64,000 bases of DNA from the NCBI GenBank assembly GCA_053919585.1, contig CM132818.1; one strand, written 5' to 3'. Of the stretch, positions 1 to 13,489 are shown piece by piece; the first letter of the stretch is position 1, and each line of letters starts with the position of its first letter. The notes beneath the pieces were generated by a model. The model worked only from the letters and a program-made list of their open reading frames with translations, made no database searches and was not told the DNA's origin. The position numbers and the translations under genes were made by a program. The DNA comes from Euprymna scolopes. Taxonomy: Eukaryota.

Positions 1-1741
1 ATTTCAACTAAAAAACGGTGAAAATAATTTGTAAACTTATGATTCTATGTGAAAATTCAAACTATTTTAAGAGCGCAAAGACCACAGTATACAAAAAAAA
101 AAGTTTGATTCAAAAGGGACATAACTCAAAATAAATATTATGCTACACAAGCAATAGGAATGTTTTCTGATAATAGACTAAATACAAAATAAAGATTAGC
201 TTTCTCCCCATAATTCCTACACAACCAATATGAAAGAAACAAAGTACAAAAGATTCAAAGGACTAAATAAAATAAGTACCGATTTAAAATAGTCCATTTT
301 TTAAAGCAGAGATTACAATATTTAATGATTAGGTATGATTTATCCGAGAATAATCCTTTTCTATATGATTTGATCCAGTATGAACGCAGAATTTATAACA
401 CTTATTGCAATTTAGACAAACTAAATAAAAATAAAATCACACACAAAAAATCCCTAAACTTTTAACTTGAAATTAACTTTTAAATATTTGAGAAAAAAAG
501 CTTATAATTTCGTTGATATAAGAGTAGCAGCATAAAAATGTAGTTATATGGGAGGGAGAAATTGCTGAAATTACCTATAAGATTGGAAAGCTGAAGCCTA
601 TGGATTCACAATCTAACTGTGTCTGCAAGGAGAGGAGGAGGAGGGCACGTGTAACTGTAAACGTTTAATTTTCTCACATAAGACATCTGTAATATTTTTC
701 TAAATAAAATATATAAATGTTAGCAGAAGTGGATACTTAGCTATAAAGTACTATTCCATTCCACTCCACTCTCTAAAATACTTTGTAGGTCTCTTCTTTT
801 TCTTTTTTTTATTAACTTTCGCAATAATAGTTTATGCCCTTCAGAAGGAATTGGCTTTAATCTATTTTGTTTGCAGCACTCTTTCATATAGCCTAGGGCT
901 TTAGTTTTTTTACAATAAATTGGACACTATTGATTGTGCGTGTGTGAAAAGGTGAGCTAAGAATAAGAGAAAGAGCGATCCATTTAGACAGCTAGGTTAA
1001 TGTTATCTGAATAATCACAAACAAGAACAGTGCTACAGGTAAAACGTTTTTATTCATAAAAACGATAAACAATGCTGAGAACAAAACAGAGGTTGGTACA
1101 AAACCTACACTTTGATAGTCCTTTTGGTTTAGTTTTCTCCTTTTTTCATTTTGTTTAGCTCTGCAAATGACATTCACATTGTCATCATAGCATTTAAAAA
1201 AATCTTTTTTTTTAAATTTTTTATTTTTTAATTGAATTTTATTTTTTTCTCTCATTTTTAAATGTAGGTAAGAGGTTCCATTTATGCCTGTCTGCTTGTA
1301 ATAACAGTATAATAATAGTTGTAATAATAGTAATTGAGTGGGAAGGGGAGGAAGAGGAGAAGCTGCGAGTTGGCGTAAATGAAACAGTTACTCCCGTTTA
1401 AAACTAGCTGTCATCCTTTCTATCTAGAGGATGCTATCAGGGTTGGAAGGGAAGGATGGGAGACTTGGAAAAATTTATTTGGATTTTAATATAGCAAACA
1501 TAATCTGAACCTAGTTTTATTTTCATCTAAAAATAATAAAAATATCTAATTCATGCTAGGAAAACTTTAAAAAAAAAAAAAAAAAAAAAAAAAGAAAAAA
1601 AAATTGTACAAAGTCTATACCTAGTTTTAATTTAATAAGTCTAGCTTTACATTATTTCAAGCTAGGATTACAGATTAAAATCAATTCCAGGAAAGTAAAA
1701 ACTTGCTTGAAAAGAATCTATTATAATCTAATTTTAAAGTG

Positions 1742-1775
<34 letters not shown>

Positions 1776-3071
1776 AATTAGGAGAGATCAAGGCATTCAT
1801 TTAGTTTAAAACCTATAAAATTTTTTATTAAAATCTATGAAAAGGATGAAAAAAGATTGAATGAAAAACTAAAAGTTAACAATTTGGTAGGACCATTGAT
1901 TTCTTTTTGTAAGGATTTCATTCATAAAATGGAGATGATTTCACTCTGATTCAGTGGTGTCTTTTTCGATGCTATTGCATAAGCTTATAAACATATACGC
2001 AATGACAGCTGAAAAAGATGAGACCATCAAAGTAGGCTGAACCGGAACATCATTTAAAAATGAAACGTAGGATCAGTCAACACAAGAATCACATCCATTG
2101 TATAAATTCTCACCTCATAACTACCGAAAAATGAAAAAAAAAAGAAAAGAAAAAAAAATCAATCTACAACTTTCCATTCTGAAATCCTAAAAACTATAGT
2201 ATATATATATATGTATACATACACACACATTTATATATGTGCACACACATCCATTTGTACATGTATACACACACACACACACACACATGTGCCTATATAT
2301 AAATATGTGTGTGTACATATACATTTGTATGCATGCATATATAGTGGTGTGTGATTTGATAAATATGAATGTAAATTTAACAGATTTTACAATGTATTCT
2401 GGTGGTAGCAACACTGCTTATTGTTACCCCTAAAATACAGGTGATATCCCCAGATATCCAACAGCACAGCCAATATCTGTAACCTTTCATTACCAAGCAC
2501 TGCCCCCCCCCCCGCAACAATGATTTGGGAGTCAACCCATTCAGATGTTTACCACATACACACACAATAACAATGTGTTTCAATTCTCACATCAGATTTT
2601 CTTTTTCATGTTTGCATCTGTAACATTTACTCACAATTTCTCAAACGCCAGATTTAAATAATTACAAAAAGATGTTTAAATCTAAAATTGATTAATATGA
2701 TTGCTAATTCCAATTAATTTAAAAGTTTTGTACATGTCATTTGAAGTTAAAAAAAAAAAAAAAAAAAAAAAATTTTTTTTTTCTCACTCTGTAACAGTAA
2801 AATGAATAGGAGTAGGGATGGGAAACAATGTTAGGGAGGAAGAGAAAAATTCCGAAAAAAAAAAAAAAAAATTTCTCCATTTTCAGATTTTATCATTATT
2901 ATTTTTTTTTATTATTCATAAAATGAGACAGTCTTTATTTAAAGAGAAAACCCCCCAAAAAACAAGAGAATGAGAAAGCAGTTAAGAAAGGAGAGGGGCA
3001 CTGTTAAGAGTGGAGGGGATGAAAGAAGTAAGAGAAAAAGAATTAAATGCACATATGCTTTCTACACAAAC

Positions 3072-3126
<55 letters not shown>

Positions 3127-4429
3127 AAATGAAGCTACAGTATATAAATGTTGCGAATGTTAACCTTTGAATAGTCAACCCATGTTTTTATACTGTATCC
3201 GACACAAGTAAATGTGTATGGCAGCAATTGCAAACAGATTTGCACACATGCTTCTAACTTCAAAATAAAAAAGACAATTAGATAAGAGCAATTTAAAATT
3301 TTTTTCTTTTAATATTTCGCCTTGTAATTATTTCTGAGTTCATTGACACAATTTTATTTTTCTCTTTGATTTAGGAGCATAAATGAACTATAATACTTGA
3401 CGTTTGCCGATAAACTTTAATTCTAACCAGAGATTACTATCTACCAATTTAAAGGCTTCAAAATGACCTTTGAATGTTGAAGGCTACAAAGTAAACAGTT
3501 TCCGACCATCCCCCCTCCCATTATTAAAGATAAAAAATGTTCGCACAATGATTTCTTCGTGGTCATGCAAAATTCTAAAGTGATTTTAAAGCCTTTAAAC
3601 TGCTGACTAGAAAGTAATTTCTGGCTAGATTTAAAGTTTATAGGCAAAAATCGAGTATTATAATTGTTTGTTTTTTTTTCTTCCTAAATAATAATAATAA
3701 AAAAAAAACATTGTTTTTACTGCACTTCTACTGTATCATTGAGCCGATTTCTTTGTTTTTGATCGTCAAACTAAAGACAAAATGGGATTTATGATAAAAA
3801 GGTGTAAACTAACAAACTACATAGGTGTCTTAGCTCAACTGGTCTGAAAATCTTTTTTTTTTTTTTCTTTTGCTCTTTCCATTAAATGGATTTTCTGGAT
3901 ATTAATTTAATGGCTATATATCTTTTAGGTGACCTTGAGAAAAAAAGTTTTTTTTTTTTTTTTTTTTTAACAAAGTCTGTGAAATGAAATTTTTAAATTT
4001 TCAGCAACCAGACTGCATTTACAATATTTAAAAGAAAGGGGGTGGGGAAGAAAGTTAAAAATTTAAAAATAGAAAAAGAAAAAAAAAGTTGCTTTTTTTT
4101 TTCTTCCTCTTTTCAGCATGAGCTAGCACCAAATTACTAAGACTTGAAAGGAGGTACTTCAACACTGCACAGTTTCAGCAAAATATAAGCAAGCTTAGAA
4201 CAGAAGTTCTAAATGAATAGTAATAATAAAGGAATCTTAAAATAGTATAAAAATGAGAGTAAGATTGATAAAATAAATGACAAAAAGGGGCAGAGAGTGA
4301 CACTCAAATCACAGAATATATACATATATATATATACATATATATTCAACAGCAGCTCTTGCGGTGCCCAACTGTATACTACCAAAAATATGATGCAGGG
4401 AATAGTCCAAATGGGGTGCGGGTACATGC

Positions 4430-4606
4430 TCAAATTGATGTGTCTACTGTTTGGTTGGTGGTAGCAGACCCATCGGTGCGCGGGCTGGCTGGAAATTTGT
4501 ACCACATCCTAAGGTGCTCAAGTGATTGGGAACTATAGTTCGAAGACAGGCTACGCCCATCATAACGCGTGTCTAATGCCATGCGGAAAGCATTAACAAC
4601 ACGAAT
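4430..4606 (-). CDS. PMCA: PMCA alternative last exon B: IRVVNAFRMALDTRYDGRSLSSNYSSQSLEHLRMWYKFPASPRTDGSATTNQTVDTSI*
   Basis: Long pyrimidine tract and tttcag|ATT acceptor; canonical IRVVNAFR of b-type PMCA; ends DTSI then TGA; frame not listed in ORF track. Confidence 0.92.
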   Translation of the reverse strand: MRVVNAFRMALDTRYDGRSLSSNYSSQSLEHLRMWYKFPASPRTDGSATTNQTVDTSI

Positions 4607-5019
4607 CTGAAAAATAGAGAAAAAAAAAAAACAAAAAAAAAAAACACAAAAACAAAAAAGGAAACAAAGTCAGACAAAGGCGCACACAAAAAAATAAAAA
4701 AAAAATAGTGCAGCATTCAACTAAAAAAAAATAAAAATAAATAAAATAAAATGAAAAATGGACAAGGTAGACAACAAACAAATAAACTAGTGTAAACACT
4801 GAAATTGTAACCAAGACAAATCAACTACAGGGAGGAGGAGGAGTTGGAAGGGCTTGTGGTTCAAGTGATTTTTTTTGTTTTTTGTTAATCTGTTTAACCA
4901 CATTTTTATAAAGAAAGTTAAAAGAAAAAATAATAGCAAGGAACAAACTAACAATAGGTAAATAAAAATGGGAAAAGACATGGGTAGCAGTGACTCCTAA
5001 AATAAAATGAGTCTAATAG

Positions 5020-5022
<3 letters not shown>

Positions 5023-5085
<63 letters not shown>
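5023..5085. repeat. (AT)n microsatellite (others near 3074, 17508, 19664 and 35066; (GT)n near 24915)
   Basis: Visible dinucleotide runs. Confidence 0.95.
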
Positions 5086-5088
<3 letters not shown>

Positions 5089-5200
5089 GCGTACACACCA
5101 TGCAGGGAAGAGTACCAGAGGATAGAGGAGAGGGCTGTCTACACAAACAAACCAACTCCATGAAGGAATATCACAACACAGCTAGTAAAATCCATCAGTT

Positions 5201-5231
<31 letters not shown>

Positions 5232-5961
5232 GTTGTTGTCCATTTGAAACCAGTGAATTGGATAGTTTGTGTTTAGACAAAGAGTTAGTGAAGTTTAGTA
5301 TTAATAGGATTTCTACAATCAATTTTAGGACTATAAGCTAGATATACACTATTTCACAGGAGTCCATTCACAGATGGTAAGGGTTGAGGGATGGTGAGTT
5401 GTGTGTGTGTTTTTTGTTTGTTTTTTTTAATGGTAATTTTTTTTTTCAAAAAATGAATAGGAAATAATTTTTTCAATGTTTTTTTTTTTTTTTTTTTTTC
5501 AGTTTTTATTATTTTTATTTAATAATTTAAAATGGGGTATACAGAAACAAGAACCCCCAAAAATGAAATGTTAAATAATAATAATAGTAATAATATAAAT
5601 GTGTACTGCACCAGAAACTGGTATTAATCTATAATCATTTTGGATAAGAAAAGATGGCACCTATAAGTAATAAATGCGTGAATAAAAAAAAAAGAAAAAA
5701 GTTTTCTCCCCAACCCCCCATTTTCATTTCATGTTTCTCAAAAATCATTTTTTTTTTCTTTCATTTTTTTTTTTTTATAACAATTAATTTTTTGTTTGCT
5801 TTTCTCTTGTTTTGTATATATATGTATTTTTTTTTTTTTTGGAGATGATATAATTTCAAGTAAAATTGCCATTACTCAAGATGACTGATTCTTGTTCGTA
5901 TGGATTCACAAGAGAGGAAAAAAAAAAAAAAAAAAAATGTCCATCACGGAGATATGCAAAA

Positions 5962-5967
5962 TTTATT
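5962..5967 (-). promoter_or_regulatory. Candidate polyadenylation signal (AATAAA) for last exon A
   Basis: AATAAA on minus strand ~210 nt after the TAG at 6175; adjacent to an assembly gap and common in AT-rich DNA. Confidence 0.25.
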
Positions 5968-5972
5968 CTTTA

Positions 5973-6108
5973 NNNNNNNNNNNNNNNNNNNNNNNNNNNN
6001 NNNNNNNNNNNNNNNNNNNNNNNNNNNNNNNNNNNNNNNNNNNNNNNNNNNNNNNNNNNNNNNNNNNNNNNNNNNNNNNNNNNNNNNNNNNNNNNNNNNN
6101 NNNNNNNN
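5973..6108. other. Assembly gap (136 N)
   Basis: Run of N. Confidence 1.
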
Positions 6109-6174
6109 TTAGGGGAAGAACAATTACCCAGAAAACTTTGTTTCTTTTCCTTTTCACTACCCATGAGTTATAAG

Positions 6175-6570
6175 CTAAATCGAAGTCTCATGGATATTTG
6201 TGTTGGCAATGTCAGACTGGCTGAAGGTCTTAGTTGGAGACTTTTTGCGGGCTTGATTGGTGGGGGCCAGAATGGGTGACGGTTGCTTGGCAACCAAAGG
6301 AACATTTTCAAATGACTGGCTCTTCGCTTTGAACGGTTGATGATCGACTGGAGAGATCGGAGTGGAGACAATTTCTGGGGTGTTAAGGTATATGTTTTCT
6401 GGTGGACTTGAGCGTAAATGGTGGTCATGTTGGTAAGCCTCCTCACTTATAGGCCGGGGCCCCGGGTGGCTACGTGAACTACGTATGCTGTGTAAACTGT
6501 GGAAACTGTGAATGCTACGTTTTTCCTCAAGGTCTTCCAAAGTACTCTTAAACGCTCGCACTACCCGAAG
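6175..6570 (-). CDS. PMCA: PMCA alternative last exon A: LRVVRAFKSTLEDLEEKRS...IHETSI*
   Basis: Acceptor ttcttctgttgacag|CTT in phase 0; LRVVRAF completes the CaM-binding domain; ends in class I PDZ-type ETSI then TAG. Confidence 0.9.
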   Translation of the reverse strand, partial: LRVVRAFKSTLEDLEEKRSIHSFHSLHSIRSSRSHPGPRPISEEAYQHDHHLRSSPPENIYLNTPEIVSTPISPVDHQPFKAKSQSFENVPLVAKQPSPILAPTNQARKKSPTKTFSQSDIANTNIHETSI

Positions 6571-7472
6571 CTGTCAACAGAAGAAAATCAGGCAGCCATT
6601 TTAGGTCAACATCTTAACGACAGCAGGAAGAGCAGCAGCAAAATCTTAACAATTGAGGACTGTTCAAATTTATCCACATTCTTTTTTTTGGGGGGGAAGA
6701 GGGCATGAAGAGAAGGTGCAGTAGGAGTAGTAAGGTGCCAAGGAAAGAACAGGATTAAAAAAAAAAAAAAAAAAAAAATTTAAGCCCACCCCTTTTTAAA
6801 AAAAGGTTCTTTTGAACTAATATATATCAATAATAATTAAAGTCAATAAATCTTTAACTGCAACAGTTAAGATGACCTTTACAAGAATTCGGGGAAGAAA
6901 GGAATAAACTAGGATACAAATCTAAATCCAGGTTTAGAGGGAGCGAGTGTAGAAGGAATTGTTGAATTAGTTGAGCAGATAGAGCAATTTTTAGTTTCTT
7001 AGTCCAGGCAAGAGTTGAGCAACTAATATGCAAGTTGAAAACAAAGAAAGCATACACGATGGAATGGTTCAAGTATTAGTATGCGAGTTGTAATCTAAGC
7101 ACTATTGATTAGACAAGTTTAAGATATTTAAAGAGAGAGAAAGAGAGAGAAAAAAAAAGCATTAAAAAAAAAAACAGGTGTATCAAAGAAAGGAAAGTTG
7201 AATAAATAACCAACAGATATGAAAGCTCAGATATTTTTGATTGAAACCTTTAGGAATGGATCAATTTTTAAGGTACATTCGTATTCAATCAGCATGTTTA
7301 GCGATGAAAACACTATTTCAAATCTGAGCATGTCAGACTACACAATAGACAGAGCTATTTATGAAGAAAAATGCACGCATCTAAAATAAGATGTGTATTT
7401 AATGGTGGAAATGCTACTTCAAATTCAGAGAGTGACAATCCGAACGAGAAAGAGAACCTATTATAAGAATGC

Positions 7473-7505
<33 letters not shown>

Positions 7506-8937
7506 AAATTTTTTTTTTATCAAGTTAGTTAATATATAACTGTTTTTTTCTTTTTTTATCAAGTTAGTTAATATATATAACTGTTTCTTTCTGGCGTTGC
7601 CATGGAGTCTTTACTTTTATTTTGCACAAATACCATCTCTTTGTTTTAATTTCTTGTAAGAAAATATTTATAATTTTGGAAATCAATGGAGGTATATGCG
7701 AGACGAAAAAAAAAAAAAATGGTTTTGTAATAAAATCGGCAAATGAAATCTAAATCTCAAAAATACTTCTGGTTTTGTTTTTATCAAATTATATACATAT
7801 TTTTAATAGCATTTTTATGAAAGCTGAATTAATTTTAAGCATCATTTGGTCATTAAATTGAATAAAACTAAAAGTTAAAACCAAATTATGTTTAATCATG
7901 AAGTCAAACCAAGAGATGATCAAACTATGTAGATATATTTTGATTCCTCCAATAGATGGCAAATATAAGGTGAGAGCTTGAGAAATAAAATCCCATACAT
8001 GACTTTTAAAAGAAAACAAAAACTTCTGAAATTTTAGGGGGGAAAAAAAAGTGATTTGCAGATATCAACAGAATAAGGTTAAAAGAATGGATGCTATGTA
8101 TATTATATAAATTCCCCTCAACTCAAAATTGCGTGAATATCTTTTCTATCTACACGGATGGAAACTGCAAATTAATAACTATAATTCCTAACATTTTTAT
8201 GTGATGTTTAAACTATGCTCTGTTCAGTAGAGAAGATGCCTCATCACTGTAAGCTTTGGCACAAGACTCATTATCCAATAAATGTTCCCCCACAACAGAA
8301 CCACTGGTCTCAGAGTGTCTGGATGTATACAATTTGTAATTACTGAGAACATGTTGAAATATTCTCACTTCTAATTGCCAAGTTGTACGACTCTATATAT
8401 ATAAATCTACATTAGGGTTAACTACAGCTGAACAATGAAGAACATGTTGCAAAACTGCTAGCTTCAAATACTCTCACTGAGTGAGAGTATGATTTAAAGA
8501 TATATGTAGAGACAATGAGGTCCTGGAGATTTTTGCTGAGATTTTGAAAATCTTGTTAGATTGCCAATAAAGCTTTCAGTATCAGTAATAGTCTGATTGT
8601 TTTCATTACAGGAAATGGATTTCAATTTTAGCATCAACATAGATCATCACTGTTTGATGGCTGTATAGACTGGAATGTATCCGAGCTACATCACCACCTT
8701 GTATTTCCAACTGAAATAAGGTCAACAGTAATGTCTGGATATTATCATTTCATTTGGTTGCAAAAAATTTTTGTCATGGAGTTAACAGTATCTCTTGAGG
8801 AGAATTACGACTGGGCACATCAGTACAAGTTTGGAAAATATACAGATCTACAAGAACAATGCGTTAGAAGTGGTGGGATAACCAATGTATTTCCTATTAA
8901 ACATCTTGGATTTTTTTCATCAGACCAAAGGAAATAC

Positions 8938-8982
<45 letters not shown>

Positions 8983-10584
8983 ATGTCTGGCTATATATGT
9001 GCATACATGTTTTGAATAAAGCTGAAAATAGCCGAAGTTTCATTGAACCAAGAATTTAATCCATTTCTCTTATTAAATATAAAAGTGCTTTATTTTAAAA
9101 CTACATAATTACTGATGATGACAATAATGTAAGGAGAGATTTTTTATTTATTTTTTTTTTTAATAAAGACTAGTTAAAAATAAAACTTTAAAATTCTTAA
9201 TAAAACTAGTTACTATATTAGAAAAGAAATATAAGAAAGATTGGATGTAAGCTAGAAAAAATATTCAATACCATAAATATGCATATTTACTGTATTAGCT
9301 GTTGCATTTGTCTATACCAAGCAATAGATTATAACAAAAAAAAAAAAAAATCTTTATAGTTCTTTGCCAGAGTATCCAACTTTATTAGCTTGTGTACCCA
9401 TCTCAGAAGAGGCTCAAAATGTTCTGACACTTTTGGATCTTTTAATAAATACAAAGAAATCAAATTCTGAGATACTTCAAAGCAACCAAAATACTACTGG
9501 TTGGATGAAAGTAAGGATTAACGTTTTGGGTTTTGAAAATGTTTTGTGGAGTTACCACAGCACTACAAACATACACACTTTGGGCTGGTATACACATTTT
9601 GTTTTATCAATGTTTTACAGCGGTTTATTTAATGTTGGAAACGATTAAATTTGAATGTATTTTAGGGGAATTTTATAGTTTGATAATGAAGGATTTATAC
9701 ACTTCCTGAACGAGAATTAATGCGCAAGAGAAAACAATAAATCCAATGAAACTTGAACTCATTTGCTTAATACAATGGTCTGTCGTTATTACTATGACAC
9801 CATCTACATGTTTACTGGGAAGAAAGATACTAAGTTTCTAATGCTACTGGACAAGTGTAATTCTACCAGACAATGTATAGTTTTGTTTTTAGTTTTAAAT
9901 AAATATCCAAAATTATAGCAGGACTTGTAGCAGGACTACTTTATGTTGCTAATGTATTAATAAAAAAATTACCCGACATTAAAATAATTAAAAAATATAT
10001 AACCTAGCTTGTGGAACCGCTATCTCTCATCCATTGGGTTCTTAGATGGCAGATATGGGAAACAGTCTTCAGATATGGAAGCTAGCTGCAAATACCTAAT
10101 AAGCAGTCCTGAACACACTGGCAGTTTACTCAGAGTGTGTGTAATATGCTCTAATCAAGTCTGTTACTAAATGCATATGCCTAACATAAAGTTTAAACAA
10201 CTGGTGTCAACCATCATAAAAGCTTACAGACTTGGTTGAATGTGGACTGTTGACCTTGGTTGGTGATGTACTTCTTGTCGATCATGAAAAAGCATTTGGC
10301 AAGCAAAAGCATTCTCTATAAAACTTTTGTCTGTTGTTTCAAACGTGAATATTTCCATGCGTGCAGGTAGCAAACTACCTTGACAGGAGCTGAATAGTGT
10401 GGATGATGCCCCTCAACCTATATGACGATGACGAAAAAGAAAACTGTACATATCTGGATATGCTAGAGAATTTTTGTACTGTCATATTTTTGCTTGATAA
10501 TTTATTTTCTAAAATCATTTTATTATTAATAAAATAATATTTTACATACTCATCATCATTTCTCTCTATGTAACTTATGTATTA

Positions 10585-10870
10585 GATACAGCATAATCAC
10601 GTTTATGCACCAATTTTCGACAAATCATCAAAGTTAAGCAATGATGAGCCTGGCCAGCACCAGATGAGTGACCATTTAGGAATGCTAGATGCTGTATGTA
10701 CCGCAGCAGCACATAGAAATTCCCAGGTTGGTATTTGGGGCCGCATTTAATCCATTGAGAGAGATGCATCCTCAGGCTTCATTAAGGCATGTGTCTAGAA
10801 GGAAAACTCTGATGTAAAAACCTGAAGTCTAATGTCTGCTCTGTCCTGTAGCAGCCATTACACCGACTGA
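10585..10870 (+). mobile_element. Degenerate 5S rRNA-derived SINE (SINE3-like) or 5S pseudogene with downstream body
   Basis: 10585-10697 aligns by eye along the length of 5S rRNA (tacagcataatcacg...aagttaagcaa...gatgagtgacc...ggaat...tgctgta); followed by a body containing RTE-like gaaggaaaactctga. Confidence 0.65.
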
Positions 10871-13489
10871 GATTAGCAGTTGTATCAAAATGTGTGGTTA
10901 GTTCTGCATAAGGCCTTCACCACTATAAACAAATCATCTGCATGGATTTCTGAACAACTTAGTTGTTGTGGCGGACCTAATACAACAAAATCGACGAGAG
11001 TATCATCAGCTTATGTCATAAATCCTCATGTGTTAAATTTCACATTCATACAGATACCTGAAAGATTCTTCTCTTGGTTAACAGTGGTAATGTTCTGCTG
11101 GTCAGTAATGACAGATGTTCCCTGACCTTATTTCTTCCATTTCTGACTAACACTCGCACTAACTCTTCTCTAAAGTTAAATCGTACCATCAAGATCAAAG
11201 CTTCCATACAATCTCAATAACATCAATCTGTCAGAAATATATTTTTAAGACTTAGAAAATGAAAGAAAATAAAATAGAAATATTGTGATCTTTGAACAAA
11301 AACAGTAACCATTGAAAAGGTCTCACTGTGTGAAGAGAAGCCAATAAGAAAAACAAACAAAAAAATAGATACAATAAGAAAATCAGTTTTGCATAAGTTC
11401 AGAGAAAAAGTCAGTTATACTTGAAAAGACCTTGAACAAAGAAATTGTAAAAAGAAAAAAAAATAAATTGATAAACTTTTGTTAATAAATTTTGACATTC
11501 ACAGTACATGCATTTGTGAGTGAAAGATCATGCCGTTAGATTTAAACATGTGAAGGCAGGTGTACCTATCTAGAAAGTTTTTTTTTTTTTTTTTCCATTC
11601 AGCAAAGAGAGAAAAAGAAAAATAACCAATGCAGATGTGAATCCAGTTGTGGTCTTCGAAGCCAACAACCAACGATTGGGAAAAGCAAGAGCTGAAATCG
11701 GCCAATTGCTAAAATTCTTTCAGTAAATAGGTACTGTGAAATGAAGAGAGTAAAAGATGGCCAATTTTAAACGAAGGCACTATTCACGTATATTGAATTT
11801 AATGCATAGACTCCAGTCCAAGAACATTAATAACACCATTTTAAAAAAAGTCTTAAACTCGGGTGTAAACATAAAAAGGATTTTTCTTTGGAATAGTTTT
11901 CTAAAATAGTGAGGACTATTATTATACTAAATATGAGTTAACATTTCTTTCCTTAAGGTCTTTTCCCTATATACTTTAATAACACAAAATACACACTGAA
12001 ATATAATTTAATTCTGGGATTGAGCTGTTTAAAATAGGATTATTTTAATTAGGCTTAATTCATAATTAACTGAACAAACCACCCTCATCCTTGTAATATT
12101 GTTAATGTCTCAGTGATGATTTCACGTGCATGTCTATACATATCAAATATATGCAAATTACATAGCAAAATGATAAGTTTCTTTAATTCTTTAAAAATAA
12201 AGTATAATACTTGTATAATAATAGGCAGAAGTAAAGATTTATTATTTTTAGTTATGCAGGAAGAATTTCTTAAAAGATATCCCACAATTTACGAATTTTT
12301 TGAACGAAATGTGTTTAGTGGTTGTGATCGAACAGGTCACAGGTACATCTACTAGTATAATAAAAGTTATCAAATATCTTAGTATGAGTATGGTTTCTAT
12401 GATGTTAATTTTTGATTTATTATAGCTATGTTTTCTCAGTACTTTCTGGAAATATTAGATAACGAGTGAACTTAATATGAAAATTTCATAACAATCTGGT
12501 TATTACAGGAGTGATATCATTTTCAAATATTGCATCTAACTTTCTGAGGTTGCATGAAAAAGCAGCGAGTGCTTTTAATGATTCAATTCTTTGCCATCTT
12601 AAAAGTAGAAAGTCTGATTGTGATCAACCTTTCATGTTATTCTGTACATGTTAATAAAAAAATAAAGTTGAGAATCCTCATCTTAGATAAATATTTTTTT
12701 TTTTTTCTTAAAGATTTAATGGCTATTTTGGATGGCTTGTGAAAGAAAAGCATAGTATGGAAACTTTGGTATTTTATTCCTTACTTATACCAAGTGAGTG
12801 TTTTTGAAGAACAAACCTGCTTGTCTTTATTATAGATCAAAATATATTAATGTCCTTGGACTATTATATTACTTTAGCCTTTTCATTTTGACAGTGATGG
12901 ATTTGTTGAATGGATAAGATGTCTGTCCATCAAAGAAGAATTAAACACGGAACTATTCCATCATTCAAAGAATGAAAAGAACCAGACAATACTCTAATTT
13001 GATTTTTCGTTTTTTTTTGGTTTTTTTTTTTTTTAAATACTATTTGCTCAGAGTATGAAATAATTATTTTCCATCATTTCTAATTAAAGAGTTAAAAAAA
13101 AAAAAAAAAAAAATAAATAAAAATAAATAAAAAATCCTCAACTATTTATATTTTGAAATGCCAAAGATATAAACTTCCAAGATATAATGGTGAGATATAA
13201 ACATAAACGGAAAAAACGTATTTTAAGGTTACATGGTATTTCATTAGATCTGGACTTTGTAACAAGAATCCCAAAGTAAATGGACTGTTAATCTTTTTAC
13301 ATAAATATATTTCTCTAGCTAATTCAAGTTACATTATATTTTGGACTGGTATCCTCGTCTTGGTTGTGATAGTGCCAAATGTTTTAGTTAATGTACTTTT
13401 TGACTCGTTCTCCCACAAAAGTTTAGAAAATTCCAAAGAGAAGGCGGCTAATCATAACATATATCTGAACAATTAGTTAATTGACTCAC

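Noticed and set aside
992-3647. Short ORFs in the presumed 3' UTR/downstream region
   Set aside because: Products of poly-A/T and dinucleotide repeats with no coding signature; the same applies to most short ORFs in the track
4209-4505. 98-aa ORF overlapping last exon B
   Set aside because: Off-frame relative to the IRVVNAF exon and runs into an (AT)n/pyrimidine-rich UTR
5866-6279. ORFs spanning the N run
   Set aside because: Artefacts of the assembly gap
7425-7457. Acceptor-like site giving VLFLVRIVTL* as another last exon
   Set aside because: Weak tract, no PMCA-like sequence, no supporting signal
11627-11708. Possible 82-nt exon QLADFSSCFSQSLVVGFEDHNWIHICI
   Set aside because: Poor pyrimidine tract and weak donor; cannot be supported without transcripts
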